Source: Octopus sinensis (lineage: Eukaryota). Taken from it: a stretch of DNA of 64,000 nt. Within the stretch, counting starts at the first letter, position 1; every line of letters begins with the position of its first letter. Of the stretch, positions 11,100-24,311 are shown in pieces. The stretch is from the NCBI RefSeq assembly GCF_006345805.1, contig NC_042999.1, positions 83,700,001-83,764,000 of the forward strand. The letters run 5' to 3'. A program made the position numbers and the translations under genes. The notes beneath the pieces are model-generated. The model did no database searches. It was not told where the DNA came from and worked only from the letters and a program-made list of their open reading frames with translations.

Positions 11100-11990
11100 G
11101 TGGTTAATACTGGGTCTGAAGATGGCAGGCGATAAAATATGGGCTATAAGAGAAGAGGCGCAAGAGCCAGGGATACCTGACAGGAGGAGATACGAGACAA
11201 ACCAGGTCCTAAGAGTAGAGACCACTTTAGTAATGATGTGTAGTGTTGATTATTATAATCCAATCTAATATATCGATATTGTATAGTATAGAGAAATGGA
11301 GCATATTGTCGTGAAGTGTTGCGATATTTGATACCAAGATTGATATGTTCAATGTAGTTATTTGATTCTACCTCAAAGCTGAAGCTGAATTTAATATCCA
11401 AATATTGCAATATTCAATTATAACAATCTCTCTATGTTGATTGCTTGAAGAGTTATATATCCTAGGAGATGAGTAACCCCATCTAGGATCTCATGGGTAT
11501 AGGAACATTGCTGAACTGCTGTTGATCATATTGATGCTACTACTATCGATATTGTTGTTCTTGTCATGACATTTTTATTTCATTTTGTTTAAAGATATTG
11601 AAATGATATCCAGCAAATGACGTATTTTATATTATCAACTACAAAGTTCATTGTTGTTACTGCTGATATTTTTGCAGCTGTTGTTGGCAAAGTTATTGAA
11701 CGAGCACCTCACTAGCGATCTATTTGATTTACATCCATATTATTGATGTTTATGAGTAGAGGTTTGTAAATTTGAAGTCGATTGGATCGGATCTGGTACT
11801 CTGGTACTTGTTTTATTGAACAGAAGAGAATGTAAAGGAAAGCTAAATTCTCCAGAAAGTGAACAGTTAGAATGAATTCCTCTGCTACCCCACCACCCAC
11901 AGCGAGGGGTCGAACACAATGACCAACATTTATGCATATAATATGGATCTCGTTTGAGTAGAAGATGCATCGTAAGATTTTGGTGATGCG
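11100..11990 (-). pseudogene. Penelope-like RT remnant
   Basis: Minus strand SRGIHSNCS..EFSFPLHSLL...PDPIQSTSNL and LDIKFSFSFEVESNNYIEHINLGI...YIRLDYNNQH resemble the PLE RT segments RPIVSNC and IKFT.E.ESNN..FLD...YL.Y.S.H. Confidence 0.45.
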
Positions 11991-12129
11991 GAAAATAAAG
12001 TGTAAGACCTCCTTACTTTTCTCAAGAATACTAACAATGTAATGGAAATGAAATGGCTTTAACCGTTATTTGAAACCGAATTGCTACCCAATTCTCTGTT
12101 TCTCAATGTGTATGCTGAAGTATACACAC

Positions 12130-12275
<146 letters not shown>

Positions 12276-14813
12276 ATGTATATGTATATACATGTATATG
12301 CATATGTATGTAGATATCGTGCATTCAATATATATAGACACAAATACGCACATCACGCAAACACACGCATCTATAAATATATCTATGCAAGTATGAGTCT
12401 ATAGTGAAAACAAGAGCATTATTTTGCTTTATAAATTTTTCTGTTATGCTTTTCCAGCTTGCAGGCTATGATTTTGTTTGTGGTACCATCGATACGACGC
12501 AAATAATGTATAATATTTTCTTTTTATTCGATAGCAAAGAAAATAAAAACAAAAAATAAATATATATGTAAAAATCTATCAAATGCAACATATTTCAAGA
12601 AAAGGAAAGTTTCTTATTAAAACTACAAAATAGACATATTTTCAATACCACAAGCAAAAACAGAGAAGCTGCACCCTACATATTCCTGTATTTACATATC
12701 TATATATCTCACTTTCTCTCTATCTGCATCTATCTATCTGTTTATAGATGCACATATCTATACATAACTGGTTATATGTGAGCATATATACATACATAAA
12801 TGCATGCATACATACATACATACACACACATACATACACACACATACATACATACATACATACATACTTACATACATACATACATACATACATACGTGTG
12901 TATTTATAGGCATCCATATGCCTCATGTGTCGAGCAAATGTGGACAAAGCCTGCGTAATGAATGGAACAATTGACAATTGTCGATTTTAGTTAAGATGAA
13001 TAGAGCTAATTGGCAAGATGTTATAACTCTGCCTTTGTTCTTGCCTCTTGAACATCACCAATAGCCTCCAGGAAAACAATTTTAATTGGAGAACAGCAGA
13101 TAACCAATGATTTTTAACCATCAGTCGTTTCTGAAACAACAACCACCTTGAGAACGTATGCAAGAAAAGTCTTTAGCGTTCTAAGAACAATTTATATGAG
13201 AAATCATGATGTGCTGATACTTGTGTAGTTAAAATTCTCAGCGTTTTCCTTTTGTTTGATTCTGCTCAGGGGCAATGAAGATAGTTAACATATGAGACTG
13301 TTGAGCAAGATACTTTATTGCAGCCCAAATCAGTTATTTGGATTCTGTCCTGTTATATCAGAAGAGGAGTTGACAGTTCGCATCATTCGCACCACATAAT
13401 CAACGCTGAAATATGTAGGTACTAAAGCTATCAACATTAATTACATTGACCTAATTCATTTTGCAGCAAAGATATATATCTTACATGAACACCGTTGCCT
13501 TATGGTTTATAGGGATTAAGAGATATGTGATGACAAGAATTTCATATTTGTTTCTAAGATATTAGTGTGATAAATTAATGGAAAATATCATAAACGTGAT
13601 ATGAAAACAAATCCATATGTATGGTCTGAATATGTCAGTAATTTATAAAGTTATCTGTACGTTTCTGTTTTATTGTTTTGTTTTTACAAGAGTTTTACGA
13701 TTCATGAAGCGATGTGTAGGTTTTAGCCTGGTTTATGACACTGAAAATGGTATGATAAGAACAGGATAAATGCTATGTACTAAGAAGAAAATATACTTAA
13801 TAGTTAAGTAACTGCGAACATATATAATGCAGAATATTAATCAAATTACAAATTCTAGGAAGAGTAAAGGAGATTGATAGATTTTGATTAATATTGTACG
13901 TATAACTTTCAATAAATAAAAAAGGTTTTACAATCACAGGTGAAGTATAACCTAGATTAAATTACATTTTGATTGATCAAAAACAATACATAGCTATAAA
14001 TAAAAACACTACATTGTACAAATATGACAGGTAACTTCAGTCATGTTTCCCATTTTACCGCATTCCCCGAATTAGTAATAAGTGAATGATTAAGTGAGTC
14101 ATGTCTTGGGTTGTTTCCCGTAATTACTGAAATGGTTTAAATAATGTTTGTTATTGATTCACAGATATTCTGGTTAGTCTTCAGTCGCATTACTCTGAAA
14201 ATTCTGAGGCTTATAATAGTCGAGGGAAACGCCACTGTTAACGAGTTGCAGTTAAAATATAAACAAATCCAAATATATCCTAAAAATAATGAAGGAAGTG
14301 TGAGAAAAATGTCTACCCCCAGAGAGAGTAGCATTAATATCTAACTAGTATTCCTGTGAATATTACATTTCAAAACGATTTTTCTTAATAAGATTCGATA
14401 CAAATAAAAACACGATCAGACGTCGTGATATAATACACACGAAGTACAGAAGTCACTCCTAAACGATAAATATAAAAATAAGCTTCTATATATACTGCAT
14501 ATTTTATTTCACCGTAAACGAACTATATGTAAATAGAAAGAAATCTAAAAAAAAAAAAAGAAAGAGAAGAAAAACATAGGTGTGAAGAAATATTCAATAC
14601 ACAACACGCACTAACTATCCTAACTGAACAAGACAGAATAAACGGTGTTAGTTTAATCTTGCAACCTGTCAAACAAAGTTCCAGCAACACTTATTAAGGA
14701 TGGTGTTAAGATAAATCTGAATTTCCTTGAACTGCTTCATATGTGAAGGAAAGTCAGATTTTTTGGAAAAATACATTACTTGCATTATCCAGTAGTCAAC
14801 ACTTATACATACA

Positions 14814-14867
<54 letters not shown>

Positions 14868-14869
<2 letters not shown>

Positions 14870-15440
14870 AATAGTAGTATAGCAATGTGGTAGTTTTTGG
14901 TATATTGTCCAATGGATATAACCACTTACTCGGTTGTGTCTGTGTATATATATTCAAATTATTAACTGGGAAGCCAGACATGATATGGCCAACTGTCTCA
15001 TTGCGCTGGTTGCACAGTCTGCATTCGTTGTAAGGGCTTGTTTTCATTATTTTGCTTTGATAATTGTTCGTAGTCAGGCATTGGTCTTGTGCAGCGAGGA
15101 TCGGTCCTTCCATTTCAGCTTTTAGACCAGAGTAACCACTATAAGTTGAGAAAATCATTGAGGATGATACAAGGATTGTATAAAAAAAAAGCGTTTAAAA
15201 AGAAAAATATGCCAGCCACACAAAACAAGGGTCATCATTTGAGCCATTTTCACCACTTTCATCCATCTTTTAACAAATTTGCTGGGAGACAGTATTTCCT
15301 TTTCCGCCCTTCATATCCATTTCAAGTGAAAAGATTGATGGATTGGCCAAAGATATCTTGAACTCTTTCAATTTCGATCAGCAACTCTTTTTGTCAAAGT
15401 CTGCCAGTTCTTCCCGGCCAAGCTAGACAAAATGAATTAG
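14868..15440 (-). mobile_element. R4/Dong-like fragment (zinc-knuckle region) cut off at an (ACT)n tract
   Basis: SGLKAEMEGPILAAQDQCLTTNNYQ...CRLCNQRNETVGHIMSG; (ACT)n at 14812-14868. Confidence 0.8.
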
Positions 15441-15899
15441 GATATTTAAAATACGCTTACAGATTACGAAGGGAGAGAGTAAGAGATGCTATACAATGTA
15501 TTGAAGAACGAATTAAAAATATTAAACAACCACGCGTACACGCATACACAAATACACACATATAGATATTAACATCATTTTCCACTATCATATCTTCATT
15601 ACTTACATCCACCTTTTAACATATACACACTCATACACGCATACATGTATACATACAAATGAATACATAAACACATACATATTTGCATATCAATAATGAA
15701 AAGTACAATGAAACACACAATAGTTAAAATCAGATATAGTTAAAGGAAATAAAACATGAAAGATTACTGTTTGAGCTATATTAGGGCAATCCCAAACCCT
15801 GTTCGAGTGCAGCCAAATGCACTTGTATACTTTTTTCTAGACATTTGGTGTTTGAAAGTACTAACATCTTGAAGGTATTCTCTTTTAAGTTCGATGTTA

Positions 15900-16900
15900 A
15901 TTTCTTAATTTAAATTTTACAATAATACTCTACCTTGTTTTTTATCGTCTGAGCTTAAGTTTGTTTAGTGTTATTCTATTTTCTTTGGAAAATTCGTGTT
16001 ACAAGGTTGGAGTAATTTTATTTCTTAACTGGCTGATTTATTTTCGAAGAATGGTGAACTGTACTTCAGCTTTGCTCTTCTCTTTTTTTTTGTTGTTTTT
16101 TTGTTATATTCCTGAAGTGTAATTCCATTGATATTTGAAAGAAATTGTAACCCTCACCACTATTTTTATTATTTTACCCTGAGTCAATTTTTGCTAAATT
16201 AACAGGGTGCACCAACATAAAATATTTCAAACTTTCTCCTATTTTTACTGTTGATTATTTTAGGGAGTTATTGGAATTTTTCAGAAAATATACTGGAAGA
16301 GAAGGCCTCTTACAATGTAGAGAAAAATCTTAAAAACTTCATCTGTAGACATGTAAAATAATCTTAGAGAAACATTTTTGTCTAAATGTTTAATTGCAAA
16401 ACTACCGAATATATTTTTAAAACACACTGGACCATTCGAAATGTTTCGGGTAATAACAAGGAAATTTACAATAGAGATATTTGTTTTATAGCGACAGAAA
16501 TATCATATATTGGAAGAAATGATGTTTTTTTTCTTATCGAACTATTTTTTTGTTGTGAGTTTATATTTATGATTGTCACCAAATCAACGTTGCAGTTATA
16601 AAGAAAAACTTTTGATCACAGGTAATTTCTTTTCTTTCTTTTATCCTGGTTAAGTAAAGGGAATGTAACAGAATCTGTCTCATCAAGAGATTCACTAGTT
16701 TCCATACTGACGTCAAAAGCTAGTCTAAAATCATCAAAGTTGACTAATAGAATAGATTTCTGGCTAATAAAATTATGCCAATATCTGACTAGTCAATATG
16801 CGTAATTGATTTTGAAAAATCAATAGATTTGTTACATGTGTCAAGCTGATTGAATTTAGAATAATTTTTATGACGATAGATTTAAAAAAGTCTATTAAAG
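15900..16900 (-). pseudogene. Possible highly decayed Penelope-like RT
   Basis: Weak resemblance of RLFYMSTDEVFKI to SLFTNVP.DETI; many stops. Confidence 0.25.
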
Positions 16901-17118
16901 CTTGGGTATTTCGCCCAAAGATTAAGTTGAGTCGCCTAGAAGATATAATCCTATCATATATCATTGTGTTATTATGACAATACCACATTAGGTTGCATCA
17001 ATACGGTAAAAAGAAAGGTTTCGATTAAAATCTGTTCAATGATCACTAAATGTTTTGAGATCAGGGATTCCGTAGTGCCATTGCTTTGTAGTGTAGTTTA
17101 TTTATTACTTACATACTA

Positions 17119-17178
<60 letters not shown>

Positions 17179-17274
17179 ATATATATATATAATATGTGAC
17201 AATTATTCGGTACCCATGATAAAACTCCGAGTTTCGAATATCGGGGCGGAAACCTACCCCAGCATCTCTTCAGT

Positions 17275-17990
17275 TATGAACGGTATGCCATGAAGGGTAA
17301 CCATTGGGCCGGGGGGACTTCCAAGATATAGCCACCTCTCAGATCCTCACAGATCATCTTCCATGATTAACAATTGGACGAATGCAGTCTGGGTCAAATG
17401 CTTCTTTTGGCTGTGTCCATACGCATACACGGCTGGTGGTCGGAAATAAGGTAAAGGATGACTCGTTCGAGAAAATAACATTCTTCCACTGCTCTAGGGA
17501 CCAATTCTGTAGGCTTTTACTCCACCCTAAACGCTTTGCAATCTTTTTTTTTTAATGTAGTAGTTTTCTGATTGCAGCCCTCCCATGAAACCCGGCTTTG
17601 TGCAGCTCCTAGCGAACAAGATTTGTGGAAAGTGGGTTCTCAGGGTGGTCATTAAGCTTTGCAGTAATTTTGGGAGCAATACTTTTGGGATCCTTTCTAA
17701 TAATTCCCGTAAGCATCCGAAGGTCCCTATCTGAAGGTTTTGGTTTCCTTCTAGGGTTTTGTTTCGACGAGGTCGTTCATCCCCCTTTTTCAAAAGCTGT
17801 CATTACTTTCGAGACTGCTCTTCTTGATACACCAAACATTTCGACCGTATTCGTTATGCTAGCGCCTGCCATACGAGCACCAACAATTTGACCTCTCTGA
17901 AAGTCCGATAGATCTGTCATATTAATGAATTTTAATTACCTTTTCCTGATGATATCTGAGAAAAAAACAAATAATTTAGCAAAACATATC
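17275..17990 (-). mobile_element. Tc1-family transposase relic (N-terminal HTH to first catalytic Asp region)
   Basis: MTDLSDFQRGQIVGARMAGAS...FGVSRRAVSKVM, ELHKAGFHGRAAIRK, WSLEQWKNVIFSNESSFTLF...PIVNHG. Confidence 0.9.
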
Positions 17991-18109
17991 AAGCAACACT
18001 AATAATATACCAAAAGCATTAGAATAAACAAGATGTTCATGGTTTTATAGATATTTGAAAATTACGATGCTATGATGCTATGATGCTAGGTGTTTCCATT
18101 ATTTCGTCA

Positions 18110-18335
18110 AACACCTGTATATATGTGTGTGTGTGTCTGAGTGTGTGTCTTGTTTGTGTGTCTGTGTTTGCCCCCTACTCCCACCCCATCGCTTGAAACC
18201 GATGTTGGTGTGTTTATGTCCCCGTAACTTAGCGGTTCTGCGAAAAGAACCGATCGAATAAGTCCCGGGTCGATTTGTTCGACTAAAGGCGGTGTTTCTG
18301 CATGGCCGCAGTCAAATGACTGAATCAAATAAAGG
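18110..18335 (+). mobile_element. 3' half of family A SINE
   Basis: Matches 4110-4330. Confidence 0.8.
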
Positions 18336-18369
18336 AATATATATATACACATACATATATAGATATATT

Positions 18370-18471
<102 letters not shown>

Positions 18472-19109
18472 AATATGGATATAAATATAAATATATATAT
18501 ATATTTTTTTTTTTATTTTATAGAAGGAGCTTCTACAGGACTCTGCTATGTATTGAGTACCTTATTCACTGTGGTTAACCCGACTCAACCCGGGACCTAC
18601 ATATATATATATATATATATATGCCTCCTTATGTGTTCTAATGTACACGATATTTTTATGTATATATATATATATATATATATATGTACTTATGTATATA
18701 TATGATCCTGTGTTTGTAGTCCTGTCTCTTTAGGTTATTATGCTTACTGAATATGTTTGTCTATGCGACTGTACACGAAATGTGTCTGTTTTAGTAAAAA
18801 TGATGGATTTGTCGTATTATTGGTTTAATATCTTTCTATAACCCACCCTAAACTCTTACAGCTTCACCCTTATGACTATGCTTTCCCCCTTACCAACATC
18901 GTCACCGTTAGTAACAACAACAACAATATTAGCTACAAACACAAACCATCACCGACGCAACAACAATCATATTATCAACATAGAAGAAAATATCAAATTT
19001 GGCCACTACAAAATAAACATGTTGTCACCTCCTTCCTCATACAAACACAACTGCAAGCAATTAACTCAATAACCTTTAACATTTCTGCCATCAACTCCAC
19101 CAACAAATA

Positions 19110-19114
19110 AATAT

Positions 19115-19157
<43 letters not shown>

Positions 19158-19377
19158 GAAGAAGAAGAAGAAGAAGAAGAAGCAGAAGAAGAAGAAGAAG
19201 AAGAACAACAACAACAACAACAATAACAACAACACCAACAACAACAACAACAACAGCAATAATGAGAATTATGATAATAGTAAGAAGTAGATGAAGAAAG
19301 AGTAAAAGAAGAATAAGAAAACGAAGAAGGGGAACAAGGGGAACAAAAGAATGATAATAGTAATAAAAAGAAGAGTG

Positions 19378-19450
<73 letters not shown>

Positions 19451-19621
19451 TAATAATAATAATAATATAAATAATAATAATAACAACAACAATAATAATC
19501 ATAATATTAATAGTAAGAAAATGAAGAAAATAAAGAATAGTAGAAGAGAAGAAGAAGGGGAAGAAAAAGGAGGAGAAAAAGAAGAATGATAATAATAATA
19601 GTAGTAGTAGTAGTAGTAGTA

Positions 19622-19660
<39 letters not shown>

Positions 19661-20053
19661 TAAATAATAATATTAACAACAACAACAATAATAATCATAA
19701 TATTAATAGTAAGAAGACGAAGAAAATGAAGAATAGTAGAAGAGAAGAAGAAGAAGAAGAAGAAGAAGAAGGGGAAGAAAAAGGAGGAGAAAAAAGAAGA
19801 ATGATAATAATAATAATAGTAGTAGTAGTAGTAGTAGTAGTAATAATAATAATAATATTAATAATAATAACAATAATAATAATAATATAAATAATAATAA
19901 TAACAACAACAACAATAATCATAATATTAATAGTAAGAAGACTAAGAAAATGAAGAATAGTAGAAGAGAAGAAGAAGAAGAAGAAGAAGGGGAAGAAAAG
20001 GAGGAGAAAAAAGAAGAATGATAATAATAATAGTAGTAGTAGTAGTAGTAGTA

Positions 20054-20086
<33 letters not shown>

Positions 20087-20103
20087 TTAATAATAATAAT
20101 ATA

Positions 20104-20161
<58 letters not shown>

Positions 20162-20200
20162 CATATATACAATAACATAAACAGCAACAACAACTGCAAC
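19110..20200. repeat. Compound trinucleotide array with higher-order ~200-240-bp units
   Basis: Block aataatcataatattaatagtaag...gaatagtagaagagaagaag...gaatgataataat recurs near 19495, 19690 and 19915. Confidence 0.9.
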
Positions 20201-20529
20201 TGAAGAGCAAATTACTATGAAGAGTAAACTCAATAATAAAGTAACAAAGTCTAACTAATCTTGTCTCAGTCGGTCAACGGAAATGGCAAACACCAACTTC
20301 CACCACTGTTCTTTCACTGTTATTTCATACCTCTATCCATCTTTCTTACCACCATTTTGAACATTTTCATTTCCATCATTATCGACAACCTGAACAACAA
20401 CAATGACAATAACAATAACAACAACAATAACAACGCTAACAACAACGTTAACAATAGAAAAACAAACACAACAGCAACAACTATAACAAGCGATTACAAT
20501 ATAAAAAAAAACTGCAAGCCATTAACGAC

Positions 20530-20565
<36 letters not shown>

Positions 20566-21039
20566 GTATGTACGCATACACACGCACACATACGCACGGA
20601 CAAACACAAACACAAATACAAACCCACACGTGTTGTTCTTTTCTTTTCAACTTTGACCTTTATCATCATTCATCTCGCATTACAGCCATATTCACCACCA
20701 TACCACAACTATATCTGCAACACCGTCACTCGCAATCGATATCGCCATCATCACCATCTCCACCGACATCCACAAAATTGTAACAAAATATAGCATTTGC
20801 TAGAAGCACAATGCAGAAGATGAGGGAAGCGAAAAATAGCAGCCAAATCATTTTTTAAATCACACTCTACCGCCTGGCACAATGTAGGATACTTTGTTCC
20901 ATGTAAACTTAGAATTAAGAAAGACCTCTTGGGCACGATTGGATTACTTCGATTATAGAACATCTCATTTAGAACTGACCAAGCCCAAGACAACAATACC
21001 ACTGCAGCTTTATAAAGTTATTAATCTCTACATCTCTAT

Positions 21040-21255
21040 AAGGCGGCGAACTGACAGAAACGTTAGCGCGCCGGACGAAATGCTTTGCGGTGTTCCGTCT
21101 GTCTTTACGTTCTGAGTTCAAATTCCACCGAGCTCGACTTTGCCTTCTATCCCTTCAGGGTCGATAAATTAAGTACCAGTTGCGTACTGTGGTCGATCTA
21201 ATCAACTGGCCTCCTCCCCAAAAATTTCAGGCCTTGTGTAGATAGAAAAGAGTAT
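21040..21255 (+). mobile_element. Full-length family B SINE
   Basis: aaggcggcgaactgacagaaacgttagc...gagttcaaattcc...ccccaaaaatttcaggccttgtgtagatagaaaag. Confidence 0.9.
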
Positions 21256-21463
21256 CTACATCTTTAGAGTGAAATATGAATCTCTACATGTAATAATCAA
21301 GAGCAACCACAAAAACTGCAATAACGAAGTACGAGGATATCAACAGGAACATGGACACAATCAGTATCACCTAATATAATAACGAGCGAAGCGTTATTAT
21401 ATGTTTGTATATATACATGCATATACATACATACATACATACATACATGCATACATACATACA

Positions 21464-21563
<100 letters not shown>

Positions 21564-22189
21564 CCAGAATTACGCTGAGCGGGGAGGAGGAGGAGAGAAA
21601 ATAGTAATTCAGTGAAGGAGAAGTAGCGAGAGTAATAGCCCAGACTGAAAGAGAGTAAGAGAAAGTAATAGCAATGAGAGAGAGAGGAAAGGGTGATTGA
21701 TGAATAAGGAAGGAAGGAAGGAAGGAGGAAGGAAGGAAGGAAGGAAGGGGTGAAAAAAATCAGCGTTTCAACTCTGCGTGAGTATATGTGTATATGGGTG
21801 TGCGTGTACAAGGAAAACATGTGTGAGTATTATGTACCTTATTTATATATAAAATTAGTCAATTGTAAAATTCATCACAAACTAAATGAGTGTCCTTTGC
21901 TCGACTTGCCAGATTTGATAGACAAATCTTTAAAACAAAGTCTCAATTTCTAAATAAACGATTAAGTGCATTGTGGTAGTTAATATGTTTTGGGAGCTAA
22001 TATACTTCAGAAGTTAATATGAAGCGAAAATGAATATAATGTTAAACCAGTATAATGGATCGATTTGAAGTACATGTGTTGAACCTCGGTTTAACATAAT
22101 AAAATTTAATAACGCGAGGGCCAGTCCAGAGTTATTACTCCACCGTTAAACATTATACACATTCTCTACAATATTTCCATTGTTGGTTT

Positions 22190-22370
22190 CATATTTTTGC
22201 ACAAGGCTAGCAATTTCAGGGTAGGGATTACCTCGACCCCAGTGTTCAACTGGTACTTACTTTATCGACCTCGAAAGACTGAAAAGCAAAGTCGATCTCG
22301 GCGGAATTTGAACTCAGATCGTTAAGACGGACGAAATGCTGCTTATTACTCTGCTCGGCATGTTAACAAT
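22190..22370 (-). mobile_element. Family B SINE
   Basis: Reverse-complement match to 21040-21255. Confidence 0.8.
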
Positions 22371-22455
22371 TCTTCCATCATTAATTGTGAAGCATATTAT
22401 TGTTTCCTTTACTATTAAACTTTCACACAGCAGTCATTCTTAAGTATTTTCCACG

Positions 22456-22511
<56 letters not shown>

Positions 22512-22867
22512 ACTACTACTACTACTACTACTACTACTGCTGCTACTACTACTACTACTAGTACTATTACTACTCTCTTAGGCCAGGGATCTCATCACTG
22601 GCTATTGTTAGCTGCTACTAGTACCGTGCAAACTAGTGCTACCTGTTTCATGGTCGAGTAGCCGGCAACTAAAGTGGTTCACCAACTTGAGTACTTGCAA
22701 CACTTGTGAGGTGGGTAACTGGACACCCAGCAGAAATAGACACAAAACCTGTCAATGACCAGATGAGCTCCTTGTGGGCCAATGGGGTAATGCTAAGGCC
22801 TCACTCGATAGAACTCACACTTAATCGGGAAAACTTTTGCTGTAGTGTCATCAACGCGCTGCAAAAG

Positions 22868-22954
<87 letters not shown>

Positions 22955-23118
22955 TCGTTTTTATATTTTATATCTATACTACATATAAGAGAAATGACAA
23001 AAAAGATTTACCAAAGACGCAACATAAATGTAAATATACGAACAAAAACGGAAAAGAATATTCGAATTTACAGGCAACTCAGTTGTAAATAAAAGATAGA
23101 TACATCTAGATAAATCTA

Positions 23119-24311
23119 TACGAGATTTAAAACTCCACATGGTGACGATGAAGGAGAGCTGTGAAATCTTGCATGCATTAATTTCAGTTCTTATTAATAA
23201 CTGCATTGGTGCTTTCCAGGTAAACTGACAACTGGCTTGAAAATTGACAAAATTTGGCTTCACGATGTTATCAAACACCTGCAGGAAAAAGGTTTAGTTC
23301 CAAAGGATATTCGTACGGATATGGTTGCTACATTTGGAGATGACACTGCAGTCTTATCTGCAGTGAAAACAGCTGAATTTAGAAAAGGAAGAGTGTTGAA
23401 AATGACCCAACGTCTGGAAGTTCTTCAACTACCAACACTGAAGAAAATATTGATCCTGTTCACCAAATGTTGATGCGATTGACTATAAATGAAATAGCCA
23501 ATTCTATTAGTATATCCCGTGAGAGAGTTGAACATATCTGCACAACGAACTTGGCATGACGAATTTTTCTGCTCGGTGGGTGTCACGTCTTGTGACACCT
23601 GATCAAAAGCGCCCCAGGCCGATCACATAACGGCAAATTCTAACATTGTTTGAGGCAGATCTAGCTGGTTTCTTTAAACGTTTCCTTACACTGGATGAGT
23701 GTTGCCTTCATCACTTTGAGCCAGAAACAAAGAGATAATCCTTGCAGTTGAAACCCCCTCCTCACTTACTCCAAAGAAGGACATAGTAATTTTATCCGCT
23801 GGGAAGACGATGACCTCAGATTTTTGAGATGAATATTGTTTATTAACTATTTTCAAAAGGGCTACACCATCATTGGAGAGAACAATACTAGTTGCTGAGG
23901 CAGTTACCGAAGGCTATCAAGACCAAACGCCCAAGAAAACTGATGAACGGGGTCTTCTTTCATCAGGACAATGTTCCAGCTCACAAGTCATTGGTTTCAA
24001 TGGCTGGTGTGCATGATTGTGACATTGAACTGGTTGATCACCATCCCTATTCTCCTGATTTGACCCCCATCTGACTATCATCTGTTCCCAACATAAAAAA
24101 TTAACACTTGGCTGGGAACTAGTATCGAAGTGATGATGATGCCATATCTGCTGTTGATAAATTTTTTAACCAGCAGGGCGAAAAGTTCGTCACCAATGGG
24201 ATTCAAGCACTGCAACACCGATTGAAGAAGTCAGTTGACCACAAGGGGTCTATGTAGAAAAATAAATCGCAATTGGCCACATTCGATGAAAGTATCTTGA
24301 TCCCCCTCGTA
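23119..24311 (+). mobile_element. Mariner (DD34D-type) transposon relic
   Basis: VIKHLQEKGLVPKDI, SARWVSRLVTPDQK, FLTLDEC, FFHQDNVPAH, HHPYSPDLTP. Right end tcttgatccccctcgta is a TACGAGGG-type TIR. Many stops and frameshifts. Confidence 0.92.
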
